Shown: piece after piece, positions 12,076-24,537 of the stretch
Layout: each line of letters opens with the position of its first letter
Position numbering within the stretch: the stretch's first letter is position 1
Assembly: GCF_009834535.1 (NCBI RefSeq)
Contig: NC_045697.1
Span: 68,698,001-68,762,000, forward strand
Reading direction: 5' to 3'
Length of the DNA: 64,000 bases
DNA from: Camelus ferus
Taxonomy: Eukaryota
Notes under the pieces: generated by a model
What the model saw: the letters and a program-made list of their open reading frames with translations, nothing else
Databases searched by the model: none
Told to the model about the DNA's origin: nothing
Made by a program: the position numbers and the translations under genes

Positions 12076-13400
12076 GACTTATAAGAGATAAGGCAGCGTC
12101 TGAGAAATGTTGAGTGCGATGAGAATTGAGGAGAGCTTCTATTCCATGAGGTACCAAAACTGTTAAAAGGCATCCCACAGTGACTTTTTTTTTTTTTTTT
12201 TTTTTTTGGTGACTTTAACTGTAAAGGCAGTGGCCATAATGGCTGTAGGCAAGGGCATATCCCGACAGCAAAGGGTCCAGGTGCTGTCTATAATACCGTA
12301 TGGGTTGATGGTGCCTCCTGTTTTGGGGTTAGTACCCCAAGGGCATTCTCCTTCTCTTTCTTTTCATATAAAAAAAAGAAAACAGAATCTGATCATTGGG
12401 ATGCCCAAAGGCAGATGGGTTTATCAAACTCTCCTTTAAGGTCTCAAAGGTTATGTTGTCTGGTTCCTCCCATAAAATGAGGTCAGGGTTGTTATTTATG
12501 AGTAAAACATAAAGAGGTTTGTCATTAGAAAGAAATTTGGAATCCAATTTTGGTAATAACAAACTAGCCTGAGAAAACTTTGTAAGTTGGTACTTAGTTT
12601 TGGGTTTTGGGAAACTTGGGACACCATGAAATCTACCTGGATCCAGGTGTAGCCCTTGATCTGATATCAGATGCCCTAAATATCAAACCTGGGTTTAGGA
12701 AAACTGCTATTTTTCTTTGGTACCTTATTTCCTTTGAGGCTAAAAACTTTAGCAAGTGGATGCTGTCTTCCTGTGAGGTGGCTGAAGGAGGAGAGTAAAG
12801 AAGCAAATTGTCCACATATTGCAACAAAGCAGAACCTCTCAGGAACTTTATATCATCCAGATCAACCTTCAGGATTTGCAAAAAATAAGGACTTTCAGTA
12901 AAATCCTGATTCATTATTGTCCAGGGGAACTGTTTTCCTTCCCAAGCCAAAGCAAAAAGGTACTGACTAGTTTCATCAAGTGGAATAGTAAAGAATGCAC
13001 TACATAAATCAATTACAGTAAGGAACTTACTTTCAGTGGGAATGAACGTTTAGTAACGTATGAGAGTTAGAACAACAAAGTGTTCAGGGATAACAAGGTT
13101 GTTTATTGCTCAGATGTCCTGCACAAACCTCCACCTTTGGCCCTTAGATAAAACAGGGGTGTTGCAGGGACTGGTACAAGGGGTAAGGAGGCCCTGAGCC
13201 CTGTAATCTTCTATGATGGGCTTTATGCCTTGAAATGCTTCATTACTTATAGAGTATTGATTAATTTTGAGAGGAGGTTTTGAGAAGTCTATTTGAATTT
13301 TGATGGGAGATGTGGTATGAATTTTGCTAACATCATTTGCAGATTCTGCCCGTAAGGAAAACGGTCGCTGATTCAATAGGGACAAATGATCAGTGCTTCC
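12076..13400 (-). pseudogene. pol: ERV reverse transcriptase remnant
   Basis: QYSISNEAFQGIKPII...PCTSPCNTPVL...WRFVQDI and WEGKQFPWTIMNQDFTESPYF...LLQYVDNLLL (YVDD mutated to YVDN); multiple frameshifts. Confidence 0.92.
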
Positions 13401-13499
13401 AGAATCTGCTCTAGAACCATCAGAAACAGAACAAGTAAATTCATTTAATTCACTTAGTGTGCTACTTTGACGACTACTGTCAAATTCTAGAATTATCTC

Positions 13500-13855
13500 C
13501 CCTTTTTGGGAGAAATTCTGGCATGACAGTTCTCCAAGAAGCCTTAATATAATAAACAGGTAGGGGTGGAGGAATGAAAGAGAACAGGGTGTGTGTCTCT
13601 TTAAGGGCCTAAACAAAAGGGAACAGCTCAGAGACAGGAACCTCTTAAGGTTCATTAGAGCTCCCCACTATTTGAACTGTTTTAGTAGTACAAGGCGGTG
13701 GCTGTTTTACAGTAGTGGGGTTGAGCACGCAAAGTATGGCCCCCATGTCGGTTAGAACTGGAAGAGATTCATCCTTAATCTGGAGAAATGTTTTACCAAA
13801 CTGATTAAGATGGAGGATTGGGAAGAGTCCCTGTAGTTCCTCAGAGTCCTGCCAT
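13500..13855 (-). pseudogene. pro: ERV protease remnant
   Basis: Manual translation GLFPILHLNQFGKTFLQIKDESLPVLTDMGAILCVLNPTT...TVQIVGSSNEP; active-site DTGA appears as DMGA. Confidence 0.8.
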
Positions 13856-15200
13856 TGAGAATTAGAAGCTGGAAAGGCTGGTCAGAGGTCTGAAGGCACC
13901 TAAAGCACTTACATTTGCAACAATCTCTTTTCTAATGTCCTGGCTGTTCGCAATACTAGCAGAAACTAGAAGAGTTTTGGTTTTGTTTCGGAGCCTTCAT
14001 TTGCTGAGGTTGAAGTTTAAGAATTCTGGCGGTCTTGCTTTGAGGTGCGTCACCCGCAGAGCAAGAGCGCTGGTTTGCCACATTCACAAAATCTGGAGTA
14101 GACATAGTTTCCCATTCCATCCTGGCCCTTTTTACTAGAAGGGAAAGTCTTGGTTCAGCCTGTTAATAAACGGAGTTAAAAGCTACCCGAGTGAAATGAA
14201 TACCTGAGGAAGACTAGAATTTTCTTTAAAAATAATCTGAAGTTGATTATACTAATCAGGAACAGGCTCATCAGATTTTTGTGTACAAGCCTGAATTTTG
14301 TTCCCATCAACAGGCTTTGGAAAGTTCTAGGAATTGCTCAATGAAATCCCCTAATAATGGATTTAGCCTGATAATATAATAGCTTAGTAAGCTAATCTCT
14401 TGGTTGTAATTCTAATAACCTTTCAGGATTTTCCCAATTAGCAGTTTTCATCCAATACTGGTCCTGGTCTTTGCCGAATGGCATATGAATTGTCTAAGCA
14501 GAGAACCGAGGTTGGTGAGTTTAAATGACTATATTAAATTTCTTAGCAAATCTGAGGACTTTCAATTACTTTGGGAAAATCTTTGACTACAGCTCGCAGT
14601 TCAGCTTTAGTCCAGGGAGCATAAGAAATTAAAGGTTTAGCTTCTGGATCCTCAGAAAATTTAATTTTAAAGGGAAGGTTTCTGACAAGTTCAGAGGAAA
14701 ATGAAGTGGGGAGAGTTTTATGGGCAAGCGATTAGTATGGGAAAACTGCAGAGGCAGAGGCGGCACAGAGGGAAACAGGAAGATGGAGCTAGAGGTGAAG
14801 TCTGATGGCAAGAAGCCAAGGAAGAAGAGCCTGAGGCTTTGGGATTCATTTTATCTTTCGTTAATCCTCTGTTTGCCTCAGTTAAACTTAAAACTTTATT
14901 TTGCAGGGAAGCAATTTTAGACTCCTAATAACACTGGGAAGCCTCAAAATACCTATTCAAATAAGCATTCCACTCAGTTTGGGAATTTTTGAGCTATTGT
15001 AGCCCAATTCAATTACAAGGAAATTAAATTTGGGGATTTCAAAAGTTCCCTATAATGGCCACTGATGTTCTCAGTTGCCTTTGGTCAGGTCGGTCCATGC
15101 ACATGAGGAAGGACCATGGTTTTTAAACATAAAATCAGAGCTGAAGTCTCTGTGGGTGGGGGAGTGCCCTCAAAATACTTTGATAACCAGGATTCAATTT
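13856..15200 (-). pseudogene. gag: ERV gag remnant
   Basis: Matrix-like FMFKNHGPSSCA...WTDLTKGN*EHQWPL*GTFEIPK near 15030-15140; nucleocapsid CCHC knuckle C*YCEQPGH*KRDC near 13920-13962. Confidence 0.8.
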
Positions 15201-15689
15201 GTCAGAGGTTTTCCCTCTAATGTAAAGAACAATTTTCAAACAGCTCACCCAGCTTACAGCACACATGGCTCGTCTCAAAAAGCCTGTGCACTAATCCCAG
15301 CCAGTCCCAAGGAGACGGCTTGGTCCCAGAAGAGCCAGGCTGAAGGCTCTTTTCGCCAGTCTCCAGAGGACAGCCCCTTCCAAAGGAACAGGTCAGAGAC
15401 TGGAAAACTGGCACAGTTTCATTTGAAGCAGCCCCTTCCTGAAGGAATTGCGCCAAAGGCATTTTCAGCCAGCTTTGGTTCGGTCTGATCTCAAGATCAG
15501 ACCAAAGTGCCAAACAAGTACCTATAAACAGAACAGGACCTTAACCAGAACGATGAAAACTTTAAAAAAGTCTTGAATAAAGCCTGAAGAGCTTCAAACA
15601 CAGAGAGTGTATGAGCTCGAATCCAGGCTTAACTGTGGGTATGCACCTGTTTTCTTACCAGCACTGAAATCGTCAGGAACCTCCTCTGG

Positions 15690-15707
15690 TCCCAATATGG
15701 GACACCA
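15690..15707 (-). promoter_or_regulatory. Primer binding site, best match tRNA-Ile
   Basis: Minus strand TGGTGTCCCATATTGGGA, 3 nt after the 5' LTR; 14/18 match to the tRNA-Ile(AAT) complement TGGTGGCCCGTACGGGGA. Confidence 0.55.
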
Positions 15708-15710
15708 AAA

Positions 15711-16046
15711 TGTTGATCTGAAATAGACTGCCAGATATTTCTCTAGCAAAGATGAGTCCACTGGGGATCAGCAGAGAATTGCAGTTTGGGAGTCTACAAC
15801 CATGGTGAGCCAGGTGCAAGTCACAGCAAGCAAGGGAAGGAGAATGCTTTCATAGAGGGAAAAGGAAGTGGGGAAGGCTAAACAGAGTCCATGGCTTTCA
15901 CTGGCTGAGTACCTGCCAGGAAAGAGGAATCTTTCTTCCTCCTGTTGGGCTCTGCTATGTTGCAGGGGGTGAGACCTCCCCCTTCTGGTCACCCAGCTCT
16001 ATTTACTTGAGATTTCTGCGGTTTTGTTTTTGTTTTTGTTTTAATA
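15711..16046 (-). repeat. Proviral 5' LTR
   Basis: Collinear with 9643-9981 (shared blocks agatatttctc, gcaagggaaggagaa, ctgttgggctctgctatgttgca); roughly three-quarters identical by eye. Confidence 0.9.
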
Positions 16047-17861
16047 CTTTCCAGATACCATAATGGGAAAATAATTGTACCATTTATTGATTTTTTTTTG
16101 ACCTTATTATTTGATAATTAACTGTTTTAAGTAGAAATTTAGACCATAAAGTGATTTTCCTTTTATCTAGGATCTGTAAGCTATAATCAACACTGGCTCT
16201 GGGAACCACAGCCTCTGTCCCAACCTCATCTCTTATTTCTGCCCTACAAGTCTCCCTCATTGTGTAAGAAGTCAGGCATTGACTTTAGAACCCACAATTA
16301 CTCCAAATGTTTTCCTAAATCACAGACTACTAAGACCTGTAGAATGTGCCTATACCTACTCAGTGCATTTGTCAAGTTGCAAGTTAAGTCCATTTTAGTG
16401 GGTTAGAAAATCAATTTAGTAGATAGGTAAGCCTGAAAAATAGTGAGTATCAGAATGTAATATGTAAAAATTTTTAGTTACAAATTTCATGGCAAATAAT
16501 AGTGAATTAAGACAAAAATGAGCAAATCCAGTAACTAATAGAGGATATTGTTTTATTATTACAATGAAAATTCACTTGCTTATACTATATAATGTTTCTC
16601 TTGAATCATCTACTTATACTCATCATTGTCTTTTATTCTGTCATTATGTTCTTATCAACCATCAATAGGTCAATTTCTCTAACAAGAATTTAATTTCTTA
16701 TAATTTCTCAAAAAAGAATGTTTTTCATATATTACAGGGGGGAAAAAGACTAAATCAAAACACAGTATTGGTAACTGAGTAAAAGGTATAGTCTAGAATG
16801 ATAAATTGATTGGTGGCACAATTATACCTTTAACTGTTTTATTTACTGAATGCATCCAAATGCCAGGAATAATCCTAAAAGCTATATGAATATAAAATTT
16901 AGGTTACCTGGATAACCAGCAAGGTCTGTATTATTTACACTGCAAGATGGAGATAAATGATGTCAGGGCTGTGTGAACTGCTGTCATAAACTCAGAGAAG
17001 AGAATGTCCACAAAGTGACAAATATTATCAAGAATCTGACAGTCTCCTGATGTTTCTGAGACACTATAGTATGCTTATCAATGATACATACCCAGGGATA
17101 TATTTTTTGCATAAACACACAATCCTTAACAATACTGATGAAAATTCCCTTACTTTATTACTCTAATGCTACTTTTTAAACCTTCATCATTTGCCAACTT
17201 ATAAACAAACATAGATTTGATGATCTAGGCTGTCATGGTTTCTAGCCAAGGCTACAATTTCTTCCATTAGACGAATTTCTCCTACCAGAAGAAAAGATTT
17301 AATGTCCTGATTGCCAGTTTCACAGTGGCCACCTATTTCAGCTCCACCCCATTACCAGCTACAAAAACTTCCAAAGCAGCAATATAAAGAGGTCTATCTA
17401 GGATCACTCAGAACAAGATGAAGGAATAGTAACTGTATATTATTGATCACTTGGCAAGTCCTTTGTAATGTTGGAATAAAGTGCCGAACTACTCTAGTCA
17501 TAAGGCAGGTATTAACAAAGATTAAGTTGCCAGAAACTCCTTTTAAAAATAACAACACTGAGCCTTCATTTTACAAATTTGGGGAACGTTTTCCTTAAGC
17601 AAAACAAACAAGTAAATTTTTTTAAAATGGGCAAAATTTTGCTTAGGAGTTAACCAAGAGCTCCTGTTTTCATATGAACTAACTAATAGGGAATAATTTT
17701 AGGACAATCGCTGGCTCTTATACCCAACTTCAGAGCGTGAGAAGAATTATCCCCAGTGCAATAATCCATCCAGGACTATTCAGCTAGGGGGAAAGAAACA
17801 AGACATGATGTGTTCTAGCCAGATGGATTAGAGGAGCAAAATCTAAAACACAGTCTCTTAA

Positions 17862-19020
17862 TATCAGGAAAAAAATCAAAGATACCTGCTCTCACCTCTT
17901 CTATTTAACATTTTACTGGAAGTTCTACCTAGTGCAATAAGGCCAGAAAAAGGAATAAGCTGCATCCATATGGAAAGGAAGTAAAACTTTCTTAATTCAC
18001 AGAAGGCATTATCATGTATGTAGAAAATCCTGTGATATTTATAAGAAAAGCTATTGGCACTGACAATTGATTTGAGTAGAATTGCAGGATACAAGATCAA
18101 TACATAAAAATCAATTGCCTTTCTACATATGAGCAATAAACAATAAGAAATTAAAGTTTTAAAAAATGCCACAGTATTTACAATAGCATCAAAATATGAA
18201 ATACTTAGGAAGACCTATGACAAAAGATGTGCAGTAACTACAGACTAAAATGTGTCATAAAGTATTATTAAGAGGAATTAAAGAAAACTTAAATAGTGTA
18301 GAGTCACATCATGTTCATTAGTTATAAGAGTCAATATTGTTAAGGTGGCAATTCTTCTCCAATATAACTACACATTTAACACAATCTCATTTTTAAAAAG
18401 CAGGTTTTTTTTAAAAAATGGAAATTGAGAAATTGATTTTAAAATTTACATGGAATACAGAGAATTTGATGCTAAAAAACTTTGAGAAAGAAAAAAATTT
18501 GGAGAACTACTTAATTCACAATTTACTATAAAGCTACATTAATTAGAACAGTGTGTAGCACTGGCTACACGTAGTCAAATAGATCAAAAAGAATGGAATA
18601 GAAAGAATAGCTACAGTAAGTCTAGAAATAGACTCACAAGTGATATTATCAACGGTGAAAAGACAATTCAGTAGACAAAGGACAGTCTGTCAATGCTTGA
18701 TGCTAGAACAATTGGATATTCATATGCAATAAAATAAACTTCAGCTCAAAGCTCACATTATATAAAAAAAGCTACAAAACTTTTAGAAGATATTAGAGAA
18801 CTGTGTCCATGGATTAAGCAAAAACTTCTTAGATATGATGCCAAAAGTACAATATGTAAAACAAATATTGATAAATTAGACATCAACATAATTAAGAACT
18901 TCTTTTTGAATGAATTATTAAGAAATTAAAAAGATAAACCATAGACTCTAAAAAAAATCACAAAACATATCTGATATCCACCCAGAATATATAAGAAATT
19001 CTCAAAACTCAGTAATAGAA
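17862..19020 (+). mobile_element. Old LINE-1 ORF2 fragment (RT and downstream)
   Basis: ctctcacctcttctatttaacattttactggaagttctacctagtgcaataaggccagaaaa...gtagaaaatcc...gcaggatacaagatcaatacataaaaatcaattg; many stops. Confidence 0.9.
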
Positions 19021-20880
19021 GTCTCTTTGTACCTGTGGGTCTGAGACTGTCCTTTCTCAACCATTGACACCATAGCATCAGAACCAGCTAGAAGAAACCA
19101 ACCACAACACAGATTGGATCAGGAAGCCCTTTTGTTGTCAAAAGGCCGAGACACCTCCCTCCCTCTAAGAGACAGGACAGCCAGTAAACACCATCAAAGA
19201 GTCTACTAATTAGAGCTCTACTAATATTAAGTGACCAGAAATGCTCTCTTTCACCACCAGGCCTGAGATTCATCTCCCCCAGAAAGAAATACCAAAGTAG
19301 CTGGGTTACCACTGGCAAGAGGGATCTAGCCACTAAACAGCCCAGCCAAGAAAGCCATTTGACCCTGTAAGTCTGAGACTCTCTTTCTAGCACACAGGAA
19401 ATTAGTATTTCCTGAAAATACTAAGGGGGCCAAGGGGCATTGGTAGGGAAGGTCTTATCACAAGTACTCAAACTGGAAAGTGTTATGAATAGCTCATAGA
19501 CAGGGTAATCCTGAGCCAACAAAAGAGCCTCTTTATTTCCATATATCTAAGACCCACCCTCCGTGCCCCTGAGAGGAAACTATGGCCCAATCTACCAAAC
19601 ACCTTGTGCCTCCTCAGGTAGCATAAGAAGGGCCCAAGAGGAGCACCAGTGGTGCTGGATAAACAAAAAAGATCACTGTAAAGCTGTAAAGTCTCTAAAA
19701 ATTAAACTCTCTTTACAACCATAACCCTAAAAAATTAGTCAGAAACGGTCAGCTGAATCTAAACAAGGTGACTGCCTGCTAAAATAGGACCTAGACAAAA
19801 TAGAAAAATATGAAAATAAATAAACTGGGACATACAATAAAAAGTCATCCATCATACCAGAAACAAAGTTAATCACAATCTTAAAGAGAAATGATTGATG
19901 CTAAAGTGAGATGAATTAGATGTTGGAATTATTTGACAAGAATTTTAAGGAAGCCCTCATGAATGTTATCTAACAATCAATCACAAATTCCCTTAAAACA
20001 AATAAAAATAGGAAACCTCTGAAAATAAATTATTAAAAACGAGCAAATGGAAATTATAGAACTTCTATACAATTGAAAAATTCAGGAACAAAGCATTCAC
20101 TGAATGGACTTAATAGTAGAGTGGAGATGATATAGGACTGAATCAGTGAAACTGAGGACAAATCAGTAGAATTCATCTAATTCAAGCAATAGGGAAAATA
20201 TATAAAAAAAACATGAACAGAGCCTCAGGGGCTTAAGGGACCTGAGAGACAATATAAAATGACCCAATATTCATATCATCTGAGTCCCATAAGGAAAACA
20301 GAAAAAAAAAATCATGCTAAAGGTATATCCCAAGAAATAATGGATGAAATTCCTTGATGAAAGACAAACCTGTGTATTAAGAAGCAAAACACTCCAAACC
20401 TGATAAACTCAAAGAAATCGTGACAAGGCATACCATAATTAAACCTCTAAAAACTAAAGAAAAAAAAATCTTGAAAGCAGCTAGAGAGAAATGACATTAA
20501 AAGGGGAACACCAATTTGAATAACAGCAGATTTCTCATAGAAAAATCATGGAAACCAGAAACAAGTGGCACAGTGTTTTCAAGTGCTAAAAGAAAAGAAC
20601 TGTCAACATGAATTTTATACCTGGAAAAACTAGCATTCAGGAATGAAAGGGAAATAATGACATTTTCAGATGGAGGAAAACTAAAAGAATTTGTTGGTAA
20701 CCAACTTACACTTAAATATCAGGTAAAGGAAGTTATGCAATAAAAGGAAAGAACTTGGAGCATCAGCAAGGAAAAAGAAACCACAGAAACTGCAGAAATA
20801 TGGATACATACAATAGACTTCCTTTTCTGATGGGTTTCTTAAATTACATTTGATGATTAAAACAAAAATTACACCAGACA
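19021..20880 (+). mobile_element. Old LINE-1 5' UTR and ORF1 fragment
   Basis: GC-richer 5' UTR-like part to about 19800, then ORF1-like sequence (aaaatcttgaaagcagctagagagaaa, acagcagatttctcatag, ttcaagtgctaaaagaaaagaactgtcaac). Confidence 0.8.
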
Positions 20881-22129
20881 GTATACAGATTTTGTACCCC
20901 TCTTATGTATGGGCCATATCAATGTGGCCATATAGATAATGTTTATTTTGTCTTTGCTAGTAAAACACAGGTCTCTAGAGAACTGGGTCCATAATTCATT
21001 CATCCATCATATCACTGAAGTATCTTTGAGAATTATTAGGTCTTACTATTCAACAAATATTTATTAAGTGGATGAGTAAAATGAAGAATAAAATATATAT
21101 TTATCATTACCTTCTCTCTTCATCTAAACATTAGGGAAATACTTCAAATATTAAAATGATTATGAAAAGCATTAAGAAAAAGTAATTTGCTGAGAAGTAC
21201 TACCCTCTATAATTAGATGCCAAATTAATTAGTCACTATTTTTCATCAACATGTTCTCTGTATTATACTATTTTTAAGACAACATGTAACAATATTTAAT
21301 GGATAGATGGCTTTATAACTTCTTGGGAACTGAAGAAGTACCAAGAGGATATTAAACAAATTATAAAAATATTCAAATTTTCAAACTAATAAGAATCTTT
21401 AATTTATTGTATATGAACCCTTCTTCCCTAGCCAATTTCAACAACATAGGTAACATTATGAATTAATGTGGGTAACACGACTTAGTACACAAGTCCTATG
21501 GCCTTATTTTTAACTTATAGTGTTTTTGATGGAGGTTAGTGGCCCAAGTTTCTATTCTGAGTCCGGAGAAGATGGGAGGCATTTTCTAGAATAGTCTTTG
21601 TAGCCCTAGAAAGTCATAGGTTTCTGTTTCATACTTCAGACATCTAACCTAAGCCCCAACCTCTATTCCTATATCTCTAGCCCTGTCACATCACAGAATA
21701 TGAAATGTAGTAGGTGCTCATTTTCTAAAAGAATCTCTTCAGGATGTTGAAAAATTACATATTAAGACTTATCCTGACACTCCTTGATATGGAATGAATT
21801 TCCAACAGCTGTGTGCATCAGTAAATTTATAGGAATACCCAAAAGTAAAGAAAAATTAATTTCATACTCCCATTCACCTTTGAGCAGTTTTAATCATGGT
21901 TGTGATGCTCAGAGGAGATGATCCTGAGATCGCTCTCTCAAGTCAAGTAATCAAATGCATGGTATCATTAACAGTAATATGATGTAAAAGGGATGTAAGA
22001 CATAAATCAGGATTATGTTCCCCATAATGATGAATTTGGTAAAAGTTAAATACTCCAATATAAGAAAAATATGACAAATGCAATTAAGAAATTTACAATA
22101 TTCCAGGAAAGCTTGTTTATCTCAGATAG

Positions 22130-22625
22130 GACATCCACGTAAGCATTTTGGTTAATTTATAAAGGGATCACTACTACTATGAAGGAAATAAACTATCCTA
22201 GTGGAAACTGGGTAGAATATGAATAAATATTTTATAGACCAAAAATATAAGCCAACACGGAATATATGAAAAAAAAACCCATTTCATTACAATAAGTAAA
22301 TTTAAAAGTCATCATTCACCAGTCTAAATGACAAATTTTTAAAATTTGATGATATCCACTGCAGGCAACGGTGTGGTGGAAAGAGTTCACACCATCAGTG
22401 AAAATACAAATTGGAGCACTATTTCTGAAAAATAATTGGGCAATAATTTTTGAAAATTGAAATGGACATCCCTTTTGGCCCAGAAAACCCACAACTTGGA
22501 ATTACAGATACGACTATCAAAGTTTTCCAAGGTACTATTAAAAAGGTATCTTTTGCAAAGCTGTAATAGCAAAAACACAGGGAATAACTAAAGTGTCCAA
22601 CAATAGCAAAAAACAAAAACAACTA
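22130..22625 (+). mobile_element. Ancient L1ME-type fragment
   Basis: aaaatttgatgatatccactgcaggcaacggtgtgg...aaatacaaattgg...ttttggcccagaaaacccacaacttggaatt. Confidence 0.6.
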
Positions 22626-22639
22626 ATAGTTGCTACTCA

Positions 22640-22800
22640 CTCTTCTCAGCATTTAATGTGTATAATTCTACCTAATCCACACAAAAATATTGAGATATTA
22701 TACCTATTTTAAAGATGGAAAACACAAGCATGAGGAGTTCTTGCCCAAGGTCGCACAGCTAGACAGTAGTAGAAGTGGGATGTAAACCTGCACTGATTAT
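22640..22800 (-). mobile_element. MIR SINE
   Basis: cctattttaaagatggaaaac...cttgcccaaggtcgcacagcta...gtagaagtgggatgtaaacc (MIR core, reverse). Confidence 0.75.
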
Positions 22801-23259
22801 AGGTTGCTTCCTCTTAAGGAATACCATTCAGTCAGGAATAGGAGGTTACATATGTGTTAATATGAAAACATCTCCAAGAGGAAAAAGGTGTAGAATAGAT
22901 GAGGGTGTGCTCTCACGTGTGTTACTCAATGTGTGTGTAATTATTATGGATTTTATTTTCTGAAAAGAATAACAAAGACTTCATAATTACAGTTAACTTT
23001 GGATTATGTATGTGCATTGTTTTTATTTAGAAACATCAATAGCTACTGTAAGGCAAGAAAATTATTACCTGTTTTTATTAGCTTCTTTGTAATTTTCTAT
23101 ATTAAATACATAAATGTCATATTTTAAAATAATGAAAGCAATGTTAGTAATAATCCATGAATCAGAAATTTTAACCTAACAATCATTAAATTCATCCACA
23201 TATTAATTTAAACGTTCATTTATTAAGCACTTAACAACCATATAAACAATTTTCTAGGT

Positions 23260-23476
23260 CAGGAGTTGGTAAATTTTTTCTGAAAAGACTAGACAGAAAA
23301 TAAATCAGGCTTTGTGGATCATAAAGTCTTGGCCACAACTACTCAGCTCTGCCTTTGTGCTGCAAATGTCCAATACACAATATATATAAAAATTACTATA
23401 GTTGCATTTCAATAAGACTTTATTTACAAAATAGGAATCCCAGTTTAGCCTATGGACTATAGTTTGCCAACTCCTG
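23260..23476 (+). mobile_element. hAT MITE (MER58A-like)
   Basis: TIRs caggagttggtaaa / tttgccaactcctg; exact 8 bp TSD ttctaggt at 23252-23259 and 23477-23484. Confidence 0.9.
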
Positions 23477-23874
23477 TTCTAGGTGATTATTTTTAATCTA
23501 TCGAGGTGTTCTTAGCCTACAAACACATAAATATGTATAGTTATAATAAATACATGTCTATACAATTTATATATGCCTTTTGATCATGTGTGCACACACA
23601 CCTATAGTGAAAGAATCAAGAGGTTACACCTGACTTAAGTATAGGATACAGATGTACTATAATAGAATGATATAAAAATTAATATTAATGATTATATACT
23701 TAACTGATACCAAATAAGTTACTAAAAGCAAAGAATTTAAAGTAGAAAATATGATGCAGTTTTACTCTCAGATTTTGCATAGAGAAAGCAGGTGATATAC
23801 AATTTACATTAAAATGCATCAGGAAAATAGGCCATTTCTATTTGGGGATAAGTAAAAGACCTCACATACCAAAA

Positions 23875-24030
23875 TTAGGAGGTGAAATTCTTCACTACAC
23901 AACTATATTGAGTCTGCATCTGGAATACTCATTTTAGTCCCATACCTCAGTACCAGAAACATACAGAATAACCTGAAAGTTGTTCAAGGAACAGCATTAA
24001 AAATAGTTCAAAGACAGAAGAAAGTGATTT
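23875..24030 (+). mobile_element. CR1/L3 LINE fragment
   Basis: catctggaatactcattttagtcc...aacctgaaagttgttcaaggaacagcattaaaaatagttcaaag resembles the CR1 ORF2 C-terminal region. Confidence 0.45.
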
Positions 24031-24537
24031 TAGTCGATAAAATGATAAATATGCAACTAAGAAACAACTGAACAACAATAAAGAGACTTAGAAGTAGAAA
24101 AACGGTGGGTCCATTTATCAGAATATTTTAAAAGAATTTAAATGAAATTGTAACATTTATATTTTATAAATCAATTTCCACTAACAAACCCTAGAATTTG
24201 GAATTAGAGCAGGAAAAAAACAGTTGACTACATAACAGGAGTATAACTGTCAGAGAAAAAGATGAATATTTGCTGTTTCGTGTTCTCTAACATTAATCAC
24301 TTTACATAATACTGGAGACCCAATTTACATAACGCTATCCCCATGGGAGACAGCTCATAAGTTGACTTGCTTGATTGTTGAAACATAAGGCTAGGAAGTT
24401 TTGTAGCTTGGAAAATTTTGTAGTTATAAATAAATGGTACACTTTTGGATAACCCGATCCTTCCACAGATCATCACACTTGAAGATGAAAAATAAAGTGA
24501 AATAAGAGATAAGGGGATAAAATTCCGAACAATGTAC

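Larger units (their letters stand above)
9643..16046 (-). mobile_element. Complete decayed class I (ERV1) provirus, LTR-gag-pro-pol-LTR, no env
   Basis: Two homologous LTRs of about 340 bp; identical 4 bp TSD cttt at 9639-9642 and 16047-16050; PBS and PPT in place; gag zinc knuckle, protease, RT, RNase H and integrase motifs in the correct order. Confidence 0.95.

Noticed and set aside
12185..12207. Poly-T run in pol with gtgac on both sides as a tail-only insertion
   Set aside because: Equally explained by expansion of the AAA lysine codons in VKVTKK; the apparent TSD is short and probably coincidental
13110..13655. Longest ORF (181 aa) as a co-opted retroviral gene
   Set aside because: A residual pro/RT fragment that changes frame internally and stops before the catalytic core; neighbouring motifs are mutated
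15075..15513. Overlapping 137 aa and 98 aa ORFs
   Set aside because: They lie in the GC-richer proviral leader, where chance ORFs are expected; no recognisable domain
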